NCBI RefSeq assembly: GCF_032444005.1
Contig: NC_091286.1
Location: 235,290,001 to 235,354,000 of the forward strand
Direction: 5' to 3'
Origin: Ranitomeya imitator
Lineage: Eukaryota
DNA: 64,000 bases
Shown here one piece after another: positions 46,591 through 59,969 of this stretch. Every line of letters starts with the position of its first letter. Position 1 is the first letter of the stretch. The notes under the pieces are model-generated. The model saw only the letters and a list, made by a program, of their open reading frames with translations, made no database searches and was not told the DNA's origin. The translations under genes and the position numbers were made by a program.

Positions 46591-47604
46591 AGTGAGGTCT
46601 AACTCTCTGGCAGTTTTCTGGTGATAGGTCCTCTTTAAATATTTTTTAAAAAAAATACTATATGTATTTTTTTAAGTTTCTTAAAAGAAATCTGTCAGTA
46701 AGTTTTTTGCTATTTAATCTGAGAGCAGGACAATGTACCGTAAATGCTGAGATCCTGAAACCAGCGATGTATCACTTTCAGGGCTACTTGTTCTAGTTTC
46801 AATACAATCTGTTTTATCAGCAGAAGATTATCACTGAAAGATTAGTTGTGTTCATGCTCTGTGTAACTCTGCACACACCACTAGTTAGCTGCTTTCTGCC
46901 TATGCAAAGTGTACAAAGAAAGTAGCCAATCAGTGGTGGAGGCAGGGTTATAGAGAGCTCCACTTTAAGAGAACTGGTAGGTTGACAGCAGATATATAAG
47001 TGATTATATCAAAATGACAGTATGCAGACCAGTAAGGGATACATTGATGAAATTAGGGTCTCTGTTCCAATCCGATTACGTGGCAAAAAATGGTGATATT
47101 CACTTTAACTTATACTTTTCCCTGAAAACAGCATCTGCTCCTCTGTTATAGATCATGTAAAAGAAATGTAAATTGATATTTAAGGTTGTGTTTGAATAAG
47201 TATGACCTTTTAAAGGAAAGTAAGCCTTGTATTTTTTATATAAATTGGTAAGTATTTCCATTTTATACTCATGTTAGATTATTAGTGAAAGGTTTGCATT
47301 TTCTACAGCAACATACATATGCAAAAAAAAAATTCTGATGTTCTGAAATTAAACATGTTCTGTGTTGGGAAATTAAAATGACCAAATGGCTATCTGATGT
47401 CCTGTATAATATGTGTTTGGACATTCGCTATTACAGCAGGATACATACAATTTTATTTATATTGTAGATTTTAATTAGATTTGAAGGGGTTTCTCATGAA
47501 CAAAAGTTGATTTTAATCAGTAGAACTGTAGAACTTAGAATAGAAATAACTTCCACAATTGGATGTGTTTAAATAAAATGTTTCCTGTGCTGAGATAATC
47601 TTTA

Positions 47605-47995
47605 GGCTACTTTCACACTAGCGTCGGACTCGGCCCGTCGCAGTGCGTCGGGCCGAGGTTCGGACGCTAGCAGTGAATGCGCCGCACAATGGAGGCAGCA
47701 GATGCATTTTTCCTGCGCATCCGCTGCCTCATTGTAAGGTGCGGGGAGGTGGGGGCGGAGTTCCGGCCGGGGAGGTGGGGGCGGAGTTCCGGCCGCGCAT
47801 GCGCGGTCGGAAAAAGCGGTCCATCGGCAGCAAAAAACGTTACATGTAACACGTTACATGTAACGTGTGTCAATGCGTCGCAATGCGTCGCTAATGTTAA
47901 TCTATGGGGCAAAAACGCATCCTGCAAACAACTTTGCAGGATGCGTTTTTTCCCATAAACGACGCATTGCAAGAAACACTAGTGTGAAAGTAGCC
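47605..47995. mobile_element. Harbinger-type MITE
   Basis: TTA|GGCTACTTTCACACTAG ... CTAGTGTGAAAGTAGCC|TTA. Confidence 0.88.
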
Positions 47996-48309
47996 TTAAT
48001 GTGCCCTTCTGTGTGCTGTGTAATGGCTGTGCCTGACCGTACAGGGACATAGTCTGATCATACCACAGCTCCTGGGCAGGAGAAAAAAAAAAAAAAAGGT
48101 ATGCAGACATTACATACTAACCACTTCCAGTATTACTGAAGCTTGCCAATAATAGAGTATATACCGTATTTTCCGGCGTATAACACAACTTTTTCACCCC
48201 TGAAAATCTCAAAAGTCCGGGGGTCGTCTTATACGCCGGGTGTCGTCTCATACGGTGGGTGCGGAGCTCTGCGGTCGCTGCATATGGTGCGGGGAGCGGA
48301 CCCGGATGG

Positions 48310-48572
48310 TCAAAAAAATCACAGTAATAAGCCAGTGCTAGTCAAAAGATGGAAAAAACAGGATATTTAGTTGATACTCTTGTTTCTACAAGACTCTTGT
48401 TTTTTCCATCTTTTGACTAGCACTTGCTTATTACTGTGATTTTTTTTTTTTTTTTTACAACCGAGTATTTTTGACCTCACTGTGCTCTTTTGTGTCTTCA
48501 AGTTTCTTGGTGGTGTGTGAACAGGTTCCTACAGACTTGTTCAATGTGCAAGTAGCCCATGTGTTTCTGGTT
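48310..48572. mobile_element. Diverged relative of the 26565-27526 insertion, again with an inverted duplication
   Basis: GTGCAAGTAGCCCATGTGTTTCT and CCTACAGACTTGTTC match the reverse complement of 26565-26700; 48315-48365 is inverted to 48395-48450. Confidence 0.7.
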
Positions 48573-49210
48573 CTATGTATTCAAGCTGTCTAGCAGCCCC
48601 AAATCATGCAGCTGCAGTGACACAAACATAATCTCCAAGCACAACGAAATACTCGGAGACCATCCAAGCATGCTCGGAGAAACTCCTGTAACGAGCATAC
48701 TCGCTCATCACTAGCCTTTGCCTTAAAGAAGAACTCACATCAAAATATGTATCCTCTATAAATTGCAGTCATCATATTATATAGCGCTGTGTACTAACAA
48801 TTGCTCATTTTGCCTTTCTCCCCAGTTAATTATTCTCTATGTAGAAATCGGAAACCTCTTTTCTCTGCATTAGTCATCCCTCTCCAACTCCTGACCTAGC
48901 TGCTCCCTCATCTCACCCTTCAGGGACTTTTGCAGTGATTTCTGACTCATACCAGGAAAATAGGGAAAGGAAAAAACATTGATGGTTCGCGCTGCTGATA
49001 ATTACATATAGCCACATATGTTATGAAGGAATATCTTTGTTTCAAAGTCAATGATAAGACCCCTGGATTGAAAGTCACATGATTTTATTCAGGTAGATCT
49101 GTAAAACACAGATGCAAAATGGAAGCAAATTGGAAGCCTTCCAAATCGTATTCATGTTTCACAGATCGCCGTAGACTCGAATGGCCGATTATTATCCGCG
49201 TATCAGAAAA

Positions 49211-50581
49211 CACCATGTTCCAAATTATTATGCAAATTACATTTTTCTCGGATTTTCCTAAATGGTTGGTGCAAATGACAATCAGTCTAATAAAAGTCAT
49301 CACCCGTTAGAGTATACATCGAATTTTATTGAAGAAACCTCCCAATGATAACAGTATAATCTCCAAAATGAAGAAAAACTCAAAATGCACTGTTCCAAAT
49401 TATTAGGCACAGTAGACTTTCTAAACATTTGATATGTTTTAAAGAACTGAAAATGCTCATTTGTGGAATTTGCAGCATTAGGAGGTCACATTCACTGAAC
49501 AAAAAAAGCTGTTTAACTCCAAAACATCCTAACAGGCCAAGTTAACATAGGAACCCTTCTTTGATATCACCTTCAAAATTCTTGCATGCATTGAACTTGT
49601 GAGTTTTTGGAGAATTTCTGCTTGTATTTCTTTGCATGAAGTCTGAATAGCCTCCCAGAGCTGCTGTTTTGATTTGAACTGCCTCCCACCCTCATAGATC
49701 TTTTGCTTTATGATACTCCAAAGGTTCTCTATAGGGTTGAGGTCAGGGGAAGATGGTGGCCACACCATGAGTTTATCTCCTTGCCCATAGCAGCCAATGC
49801 CTCAGAGGTATTATTTGCAGCATGAGATGGTGCATTGTCATGCATGAAGATGATTTTGCTCCTGAAGGCACGTTTCTGCTTTTTATACCATGGAAGAAAG
49901 TTGTTAGTGAGAAACTCTATATACTTTGCAGAGGTCATTTTCACACCTTCAGGAACTATAAAGGGCCCTACTAGCTGTTTCCCCATGATTCCGGCCTAAA
50001 ACAGGACTCTGCCTTTTTGTTGACGTCGCAGCCTTGTTGGGCCATGGTGGCCATCCACCAACCATCCACTACTCCATCCATCTGGACCATCCAGGGTTGC
50101 TCGACACTCATCAGTAAACAAGACTGTTTGAAGATTAGTCTTCATGTATGTCTGGGCCCACTGCAACTGTTTCTGCTTGTGAACACTGTTTAGGGGTGGC
50201 CGAGTAGTAGGTTTATACACCACGGCAAGCCTTTGAAGGATCCTACACCTTGAGGTTCGAGGGACTCAAGAGGCAAAAGCGGCTTCAAATAACTGTTTGC
50301 TGCTTTGTAATGGTATTTTGGCAGCTGCTCTCTTAATCCAATTAATTTGTCTTGCAGAAACCTTCCTCATTATGCCTTTATCTGCATAAACTCTGTCTGT
50401 GCTCTGTCACAAATCTCTTCACAGGATGATGATCACTCTTAAGTTTTCGTGAAATACCTAATGCTTTCATACCTTGTCCAAAGCATTGCACTATTTAATG
50501 CTTTTCAGCAGCAGAGAGATCCTTTTTATTTCCCATATTGCTTGAAACCTGTGGCCTGTTTAATAATGTACAACATTTTTT
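49211..50581 (-). mobile_element. Tc1-like transposon remnant (DD34E)
   Basis: TGTTCCAAATTATTATGCAAATT terminal repeat; VLFTDE, MHDNAPSH and WPPSSPDLNPIENLW in broken frames. Confidence 0.88.
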
Positions 50582-50585
50582 TAAA

Positions 50586-51075
50586 AGGGAGCCTGTCACC
50601 CCCAAAATCGAAGAGGAGCTAAGCCACCAGCATCACTGGCTTTTCTTCAGCATTCTGGAATGCTGTAGATAAGCCCACGATGTATCCTGAAAGATGAGAA
50701 AAAGAGGTTAGATTATACTCATCTTGGTGGGCGGTCCGATCCAATGGGCGTCGTGGTCCGGTGCGGCGCCTCCTATCTTCATAGGATGTCGTCCTCTTCT
50801 TGTCTTCACGCTGCATCTCCGGCGCAGCGTACTTTGTCTGCTCTGCCGTCAACAGGGAAAAGTACAGCAGTGCGCAGATGCTGAGCCTCTCGGACCTTTC
50901 CCGGTGCCTGCGCACTGCAGTACTTTGCTCTGCCCTCAACAGAGCAGACAAAGTACGCCTGCGCCGGAGCCGCAGTGTGAACACAAAAAGAGGACATCAT
51001 ATTAAGAACGCCCATCGGACAGGACCGCCCCTGGGTGAGTATAATAATCTAACCTCTTTTTCTCATCTTTCAGGA
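50586..51075. mobile_element. Truncated T2/Kolobok-type MITE, same family as 38186-39257
   Basis: AGGGAGCCTGTCACCCCCAAAATCGAAG left end; internal inverted repeats; right end missing. Confidence 0.75.
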
Positions 51076-51548
51076 TTCATCAGGGGCAACATCACCGTGC
51101 AACACCGTGTAGAACCAGCTCTGAGATTCGCAGATGCATGGTTTTTCAAAAATGTGTGTATACATCCATGAAACGCTATGCTGCCCGATTCATCAAACTC
51201 CACGGCCTTGATTCTGTTGTAAAACTCATTGAAAAGTTGCTAAATTTTTGTGTAACATGGAGTTGCACAAAGTTTTGTAACTTTTGGCGTTTCAACCAGC
51301 TTCACCAAAATGGGCAGAACTCAGGCACAACAGGACATGGCGACATCTGCTCGTCTAATTTGTGATGAATTGTGGCTTGCCTTATGCCACAAATTATAAT
51401 CCATATAGTGTGCTGTCCAAGATGGATAACTGTATGAGGTTATGTTATTGTTTCATATCCTTAAAAAATATTCCCCAGTGTGTTTTATTATATCACTTCA
51501 CAGAAATGGCTTAAAAATTGGAGAAATAATTTATCAGGTATTACGGTA

Positions 51549-53151
51549 CCGTATATACTTGAGTATAAGCCGACCGAGTATAAGGCGACCCCCCCTAATT
51601 TTGCCACAAAAAACTGGGAAAACTTATTGACTTGAGTATAAGCCTAGGGTAGGAAATGCAGCAGCTACCGGTGAATTTCAAAAATAAAAATAGATGCTCC
51701 ATACCGTTCATTATTGCCCCATAGATTTTCCACATAAAGCTGTGCCATATATAATGCTCTGCACCGTTCATTATGGCCCCATAGATGCTCCATATAAAAC
51801 TGTGCCACATATAATGCTCTGCACTGTTCATTATGGCCCCATAGATGCTCCATATAAAACTGTGCTATATAGAATGCACTACACCGTTCATTATGGCTCC
51901 ATAGATGCTCCATATAAAACTGTGCCACATATAATGCTCTGCACCGTTCATTATGGCCCCATAGATGCTCCATATAAAACTGTGCCCCGTATAGAATGCT
52001 CTGCACCGTTTATATGGTCATCTATGGGGCGATAATGAAGCTGTGCCATATAGAATGCTCTGCACCGTTCATTATGACCCCATAGATGCTCCTTATAAAG
52101 CTGTGCCATGTATATAATGCTCTGCACCGTTCATTATGGCCCCATAGATGCTCCTTATAAAGCTGTGCCATATGGAATGCTCTGCACCGTTCAGTATGGC
52201 CCCATAGATGCTCCACATAAAGCTGTGCCCCATATATATTTGCTCTGCACCGTTGATTATGGCCCCATTGATGCTCCTTATAAAGCTGTGCCCCATATAT
52301 ATTGCTCTGCACTGTTGATTGCGGCCCCATAGATGCTCCTTATAAAGCTGTGCCATGTAGAATGCTCTGCACCGTTCATTATTGCCCCATAGATGCTCCT
52401 TATAAAGCTGTGCCACATAGAATGCTCTGCACCGTTCATTATGGCCCCATAGATGCTCCTTATAAAGCTGTGCCATATAGAATGCTCTGCACCGTTCATT
52501 ATGGCCCCAAAGATGCTCCATATGAAGCTGTGCCATATAATGCTGCTGGTGCTGCAATAAAAAAAAAAAATTCACATACTCACCTCTCTTCGCTCTGGCC
52601 GCCGGCGCTTTCAATATTTACCTGCTCCTCGTGCGGCTCCGTCTCCAGCACTGACGCTCAGCAGAGGGCGCGCTCTGACTACGTCACCGCGCCCTCTGAC
52701 CTGAGCGTCACTGCTAGAGGACGCTGCAGACGGAGCCGCACCGGAGCGAGGAGCAGGTAAATATAGCGCAGCGCTGCGCTCCCCGTATACTTACCTGCTC
52801 CTGGTGCGGTCCCTGCAGTCCCTGGCTTCCCCGGCGCTGCATCTTCTTCCTGTATTGAGCGGTCACAGTTACCGCTCATTTACAGCAATGAATATGCAGC
52901 TCCACCCCTATGGGAGGTGGAGCCGCATATTCATTTCTGTAATTAGCGGACCCATGTGACCACTCGGTACAGGAAGAATCTGCAGCGCCGGGGAAGCCAG
53001 GGACTGCAGGGACCGCGCCGGAGCAGGTAAGTATAATTACAGCCCCCCTCCCCTGCCGACCCCAGTATATGACTCGAGTATAAGCCGAGAGGGGGACTTT
53101 CAGCCCAAAAAAATGGGCTGAAAATCTCGGCTTATACTCGAGTATATACGG
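51549..53151. mobile_element. Tc2/pogo-like MITE (third copy) with about 14 units of the 60-bp repeat (51690-52540)
   Basis: TA|CCGTATATACTTGAGTATAAGCC ... GGCTTATACTCGAGTATATACGG|TA. Confidence 0.85.
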
Positions 53152-53321
53152 TACTTTATTTTGCTGCACTGTGTGATGACATTTGCCTTTCTTGACTTCC
53201 TCAAAGATAAAAGCCCTGTTGAAAGTGTAACTTCATTTCCACCCATACTTTTTCTACTGTATGATTACATAATCATGTAAGATCTAATAATAATCTTTCT
53301 GAATTGTTTAATTATTTACAG

Positions 53322-53433
53322 AGTGGATCTAATGGCTTCCTACCAGCCCCTTCCTTGTTATCACCTCATTCTAAATTCAGGTTAACGGGAACACCTAGCA
53401 TACAGTTGCAGACCCCTGGTACTACTACATATG
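53322..53433 (+). CDS. Candidate internal exon of an unidentified host gene (SGSNGFLPAPSLLSPHSKFRLTGTPSIQLQTPGTTTY-G)
   Basis: Non-repeat sequence; T-rich acceptor ..TTATTTACAG|, donor ATG|GTAAGA; 112 nt open in one frame only. Confidence 0.4.
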
Positions 53434-53866
53434 GTAAGAGCATTTAATTATGTATGATGTAAGTCAGAAATATGTAATTTAGACTCCAATAGTATTTCAT
53501 TGCATTTTTTGCATGTAACATATAGCCAACACTCTATTATAATAATAATAATAATCTCTTTATTTATAGAGCGCCAACATATTCCGCTGCACATTACAAT
53601 TTTTGCACACATTATCATCGCTTATTACTACAGTTCTGTTTTTTTTTCCAGTGAAGATGGGGTGCAGAGTGTACATTAATGAGAAAAAAATTGAATTAAT
53701 TTTTTTAATTTACCAAATGGCTTCAATGAAACAAAGAGTGAAAAATGTAAAGGGGTCTGAATACTTTCCATACCCACTGTATAATTTGTAGGTCAATTGC
53801 ACAAGCTATTAAATGTATATAATCAAATAAATCAGTTAAAACAAATAGTAGTAAATCATGCATATA

Positions 53867-55034
53867 CAGGTGCTTCTCACAAAATTAGCATTCTTTCAAA
53901 AAGTTAATTTATTTTAGTCCTTAAATACAAGAAATGAAACTCATATTATTATATAGAGTCTTTACAAGGAGAGTGATCTATTTCAAGGGTTTTTTCCTGT
54001 TACTGTTGATGATTGTGGCTTACAGCCAATGAAAACCCAAAAGTCATTATCTCAGTAAATTAGAAAAATTAACAAAAGATACCTGCAAAGGCTTCCTTCG
54101 CATTTTAAAAGGTCCGTTAGTCTGTTTCAATAGGCTCCACAATCATGGGGAACACTGCTTACTTGACAGATGTCCAGAAGGCAGTCATTGACACACTCCA
54201 CGAGGAAAGTAAATTTTGCATTTCATTGGGAAACCAAGGTCCCAGAGTCTGGAGGAAGAGTGGTGAGGCACCCAATCCAAGCTGCTTGAGGTCTAGTTTG
54301 AAGTTTCCACAATTAGTGATGGTTTGAGGAGCCATGTCATCTGCTGGTGTAGGTCTTCTGTGTTTTATCAAGACCAAAGTCAGCGCAGCCGTCTACCAGG
54401 AAATTTTAGAGCACTTCATGCTTCCCTCTGCCGACAAGCTTTTTGGAGAAGAAATTTTTAATTCTCTAGCAAGATTTGGCACCTGTCCACACTGCAAAAA
54501 AAATCCAATACCTGGCTTAAAAACAACAGTTATCACTGTGCTTGATTGGCCAGTAAACTCGCCTGGCCTTAACCCTGTGGAGAATCTATAGGGTATCGTC
54601 AAGAGGAAGATGAGACACCAAACCCAACAATACAGACGAGCGGAAAGCTGCTATCAAAGCAACCTGGGCTTCCATAACACCTCAGCAGTGCCACAGGCTG
54701 ATCACCTCCATGCCATGCCACATTGATGCAGTAATTGATGCAAAACGAGATCCGACCAAGTTTTGAGTGCATTTATTGAACATACATTTAAGTAGACCAA
54801 CATATCAGATTTTAAAATCATTTTTCAAGCTGGTGTTATAATGTTTCTAATTTAATGATATAATGATTTTTTGGGTTTTCATTGGCTGTAAGCTATAATG
54901 ATCAACAGTAGCAGAAATAAACACTTGAAATAGATCACTCTGTTTGTAATGACTCTATATAATGAGTTTCACTTTTTGTATTGAAGAACTGAAATACATT
55001 TTTAATGATATTCTAACTTTGTGAGAAGAACCTG
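53867..55034 (+). mobile_element. Tc1-like transposon with an internal deletion, same family as 25236-32079
   Basis: TA|CAGGTGCTTCTCACAAAATTAG ... CTAACTTTGTGAGAAGAACCTG|TA; long inverted repeats; ILEHFMLPS and NSPGLNPVENL. Confidence 0.9.
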
Positions 55035-55414
55035 TATGTAGACTGCTATTTTTCTAGGTTTATAGTTGGCTTGCTAAACTATCCTATATGTAATTTTATT
55101 CCCTCTGTCCACTCTCCTTCCTCAAATGACTTGTCTGGCTAGCCTTTCACTGTTAACCAAACTTTGGAAATGTAAATAATTGTTTAAAGCTGGTAGCTTT
55201 AGCTTCTAGCTCTCCAGAAGAAATCAGAACTATAGTACAACAACCTGAAAAACTAGATTTCCTTTTTTTTTGGAGGAAAACAAGATGAAAAAAACCTATC
55301 TCATGAGATAATAATCAGGTGATATTTTACCCCCTACCTTCTTAGAAGGCAAAATGTGGGTCTGACTGTAATAAACATAGTTTAAAAGATTAAGAATCTG
55401 GTAGAAAATTCAGT

Positions 55415-57390
55415 ATTCAAAATATGGTTATGTGGCAGTTCAGTAGGTTGGGGATCACTGCAGGCTGTAGGCTTGTCGGAAGAGGTGAGTCTTCAGTTTT
55501 TTTTTTTTGAAGGTTTCTATGGTAGGCGAGAGTCTGATGTGTTTTGGTAGAAAGTTCCAGAGTATGGAGGAAGCACGGGAGAAGTCTTGGATGCGGTTGG
55601 GGAAGAATAGATGAGAGGGGAGTAGAGGAGGAGATCTTGAGAGGATCGGAGGTTGCGTGTAGGTTAGTACTGGGAGACCATGTCACAGATGTATGGGGGA
55701 GACAGGTTGTGGATGGCTTTGTATGTTATTGTAAGGGTTTTGAACTGGAGCCTCTCCCCTATGCCAAGCCAGTGAAGGGCTTGTCATAGGGGAGAGGCTG
55801 GGAATAGCAGGGAGACAGATAGATTAGTTGGGCAGCAGAGTGTGTAGGATGGATTGGAGTGGTGCCAGAGTGCTAAGGGGAGGCCAGAGAGTAGGAGGTT
55901 GCAGTAGTCAAGGCGGTAGATAAGGGCATACACTAGTGTTTTTGTGGTGTCGCGGTCAAGGAATGCGCAGATCCAGGAAATATTTTTGAGTTTGAGATGG
56001 CAGGAGGAGGCAAGGGCTTGGATATGTGGCTTGAAAGAGAGGGCAGAGTCGACGATCACCCCGAGGCACCGGGCATGTGGGACTGGGGAAAGTGAGCAGC
56101 CATTGACATTGATAGATAGGTCTGGTGGAAGGGTAGAGTGAGATGGGGGAAAGATGATGAATTCTGTTTTGTCCATGTTCAGTTTTAGAAAGCGAGCAGA
56201 AAAGAAGGCCGAGATAGCAGACAGACAGTGTGGGATTTTGGTGAGTAAGGAGGTGAGGTCCGGTCCGGATAGGTAGATCTGCGTGTCGTCAGCATAGAAA
56301 TGATACTGCATACCATGGGATTCTATGTCCCAGGCCAAAGATGTAGATGGAGAAGTGTAGAGATCCTAGAACAGATCCTTGAGGAACACCGACAGACACG
56401 AGGCAGAGTGAGGAGATGGTGTGGGGGAGGGAGACACTGAATGTTCGGTCTGTCAGATATGATGAGATCCAGGATAGGGCCAAGTTTGTGATGCCGAGAG
56501 ATGAGAGGATCTGCAGCAGAAGGGAGTGGTCTACAGTGTTAAAGGCAGAAGACAGGCCCAGGAGAAGGAGGACAGAGTAGTGTTGCTTGCTCTTGGCAGT
56601 TAGTAGGTCATAGGTGACTTTATTTAGGGCAGTTTCAGTTGAGTGATGGGGTCGAAGCCAGATTGTAACCGGTCAAAGAGGGAGCAGGAGGAGAGGTGGG
56701 AGGACAGTTCAAGATGGACATGTTGTTCCAGTAATTTTGAGGCATAAGGGAGAAGAGATATCGGGCAATAGCTAGACACAGTGGATGGGTCGAGGGAGGG
56801 CTTTTTAAGGATGGGTGTGATCTTGGCATGCTTGAAGGATGTGGAGAAGACACCTGTTGTGAGTGATAGGTTGAAGAGATGTGTTAGGGTTGGAATGAAG
56901 ACTGTGGTGAGGTTAGGGATGAGATGGGACGGGAGCTGGTCAAACGTGCAAGTAGTGAGGTGTGATCCTAACAGGAGGGTGGAGAGCTGATCTTCTGCCA
57001 TGGTGGAAAAGCTGGTTTTGGAGAAACGGGGTTGAGCAGCTAAGAAGGGCATTGGGCGCTGTGGGCCAAAGCTTTCTCTGATCATATCAACCTTCTGTTT
57101 AAAGATGAGGCAAAGACTTGAGCAGAAATGAGGAGATGGAGAAGGTGCGGGGTGACAGAGTAGAGAATTGAAAGTGTTGAAAAGCTGTTTAGGGTTGTGA
57201 GACAGGGATGATATGAGAGATGAGAAGTAAGTTTGTTTTGCGGCAGTGAGTGTGGACTTGAAGCTGGCGAGGGACTGCTTGTATGCATTGAAGTGGTCTG
57301 CAGAGCAGGATCGCTTCCATCTTCGCTCAGCGATCCTGGAAGCCCGTCTCAGTTCTTTGGTCAGGCTACTCACCAGTTTCACCCAACTAT
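55415..57390 (-). mobile_element. L2-clade LINE ORF2 remnant (RT to 3' end)
   Basis: FKHAKITPILKKPSLDP, SLLPYASKLLE, GVPQGSVLG, YADDTQIY, LNMDKTE and RLDYCNLLL in broken frames. Confidence 0.9.
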
Positions 57391-57624
57391 GACCAAGTGG
57401 ATGGAATTAGGGCCAGACAGGAGCGTGATGGGGCATAGTGACTTCTCCTTGTCAAATTCTTGAGTAGCAGAGGTGTTACTCATGTTACAAATTTTACTCC
57501 AGTTTGCCTTGATAAAATTTGCGACGAAAAGTACACATAGCCCTACACCATTTTGCGGATCGTCTGATCCCTGAAGAGTCATGCACCTCTCAAAGGGGAT
57601 ATCCGGGACTTAGAAAAAAAAATA

Positions 57625-57862
57625 TAATGGCAAACGCATCGCTAGCGCATGCCCACATTGGGCGTGCGCTAGCGGTGTGCCGTCATTTGAGTGACGGACC
57701 TCGAACGCTGCTTGCAGCGTTCGCGGTCCGTTCCTCGCTAGCTCAGATCGGGCATCTGTGCTAGCGGGATCGGCAAACGCGATCTCTTTTGGGACATTGC
57801 GTTAGCGCAGTCCGTAGCGCTATGCGCTAAACGGACTGCCCTAACGCAATGTGAACCTAGCC
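57625..57862. mobile_element. Right half of a Harbinger-type MITE that truncates the CR1
   Basis: Ends TGTGAACCTAGCC|TTA; no left TIR found. Confidence 0.55.
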
Positions 57863-58027
57863 TTAGCCAGTTACTTACCCATTTTTCCCCAGACCCTGCA
57901 TTCTCATTTTGTGTACCAACCTCTTGTGTGGCACGGTATCAAACGCTTTGGAAAAATCAAGATATACCACATCTAATGACACACCTTGGCCCAGTCTATA
58001 GCTAACCTCTTCATAAAAACTGATTTA

Positions 58028-59049
58028 GGGTATGTTCACACGTTCAGGATTTCCATCCTTTTTTTTTCAGGACAGTTTTTTTTAAAAACTGCAGCTCTTG
58101 GCAGAAAACGCAGGTCCTTTTTTTGGTCCTTTTTTTTGTCCTTTTTTGATGCGTTTTTTGATGCGTTTTTTTATCCTTTTTTTATGCAGTTTTCTATGCA
58201 GAGACTGTGTGTTTCCTAGGAAGCTTTTTAGGGCTAAAATGGCTGAAAATACCCTAACCCTAACCCTACCCCTAACCCTAACCCTACCCCTACCCCTATT
58301 CTAACCTTAGTGAAAAAAAAAAAAAAAATTCTTAATTTTTTATTGTCCCTACCAATGGGGGTGACAAAGTGGGGGGGGGGGTGTCATTTACTATTTTTTT
58401 ATTTTGATCACTGAGATAGGTTATATCTCAGTGATCAAAATGCACTTTGGAGCGAATCTGCCGGCCGGCAGATTCGGCGGGCGCACTGCGCATGCGCCCG
58501 CCATTTTGCAAGATGGCGGCGCCCAGGGAGAAGACGGCCGGACGGACACCGGGACGCCGGGTAAGTATAAGGGGGGGAGATTAGGGCACGGGGGGTCATC
58601 GGAGCACTGGGGGGGGGGCATCGGAGCACGGGGGGAGGCATCGGAGCACGGGGGGGCGGGATCGGAGCACGGGGGGGCAGCCACACTCCGCCCACGCACT
58701 TCCGCCCGCTCCCCCGCACTTCCTGCTGCAGCGGTTCTGCACATCAAATCGCAGTAAAACCCGCAGATATATTTTTGATCTGCGGGTTTTACTGCGATTT
58801 TGACCTCACAATGGAGGTCTATGGGTGCAGAACCGCTGCGGTTCAGGAAAAAGAAGTGACATGCTCCTTCTTTTTTGCCGCAGCTATTCTGCGCGGCTTT
58901 TTAAACGAAATTACGGACCATGTGCACAGCAGTGACTGTTTTCCATAGGGTTACATTGTTATGTACCCTGCATGGAAAACTGCTGCGGAACCGCAGCGGC
59001 AATACCGCTGCGGTTCCGCAGTAAAAAACGCACTGTGTGAACATGGCCT
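58028..59049. mobile_element. Harbinger-type non-autonomous element with a captured piggyBac-like segment
   Basis: TTA|GGGTATGTTCACAC ... GTGTGAACATGGCC|TTA inside CR1; 58250-58680 resembles the reverse complement of ~27950-28310. Confidence 0.7.
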
Positions 59050-59969
59050 TAGATTGGTTTGACAGCAGCGATTCCTCATAAACCCATGCTGATATGGAGT
59101 TAAACCGTTATTTTCATTGAGATAATCCAGAATAACATCCCTCAGAAACCCTTCAAATATTTTACCAACAATAGAGGTTAGACTTACTGGCCTATAATGT
59201 CCAGGTACGCTTTTAGCGCCCTTTTTGAATATTGGTACCATATTTGCTATGCGCCAGTCCTGTGGAACAGACTCCGTCGCTATAGAGTCCCTAAATATAA
59301 TAAATAATGGCTTGTCTATAACATTACTTAGTTCTCTTAGTACTTGTGGGTGTATGCCATCCGGACCCGGAGATTCATCTATTTTAATCTTATTTAGCTG
59401 GTTTCGCACCTCTTCTTGGGTTAGATTGGTGACCCTTAATATAGGGTTTTCTTTGTCTCTCGGCATTTCACCTACAGTAGCATTTCATTTTCCACCGTGA
59501 ATATCGTGGAGAAGGTGTTTAATATAGTAGCTTTTTCCTCGTCATCTATAACCATTCTTTCCTCACAATTTTTTAAGGCGCCTACACTTTCGCTTATGAT
59601 TCTGTTTGGGATTAGCTTTACTCTCCTTAGCAATGTGCTTCTCTGTTTCCTTTTTGGCAGCTTTAATTAGTTTTTTGGATAATGTATTTTTCTCCCTACA
59701 GTTTAGAGCTTCAACTGTGCCATCCTGCTTTAGTAGTTTAAATGCTTTCTTTTTACTGTTAATTGCCCCTCTTACGTCTTTGTTTAGCCACATTGGGTTT
59801 TTCCTATTTCTTGTCCTTTTATTCCCACAATCTATAAACCGCTTACAGCGCATATTTAGGATGTTCTTAAACATTTCCCATTTATTATCTGCATTCTTAT
59901 TTCTGAGGACATTGTCCCAGTCAACCAGATTAAGGGCATCTCTAAGCTGGTCAAACTTTGCCTTCCTAA

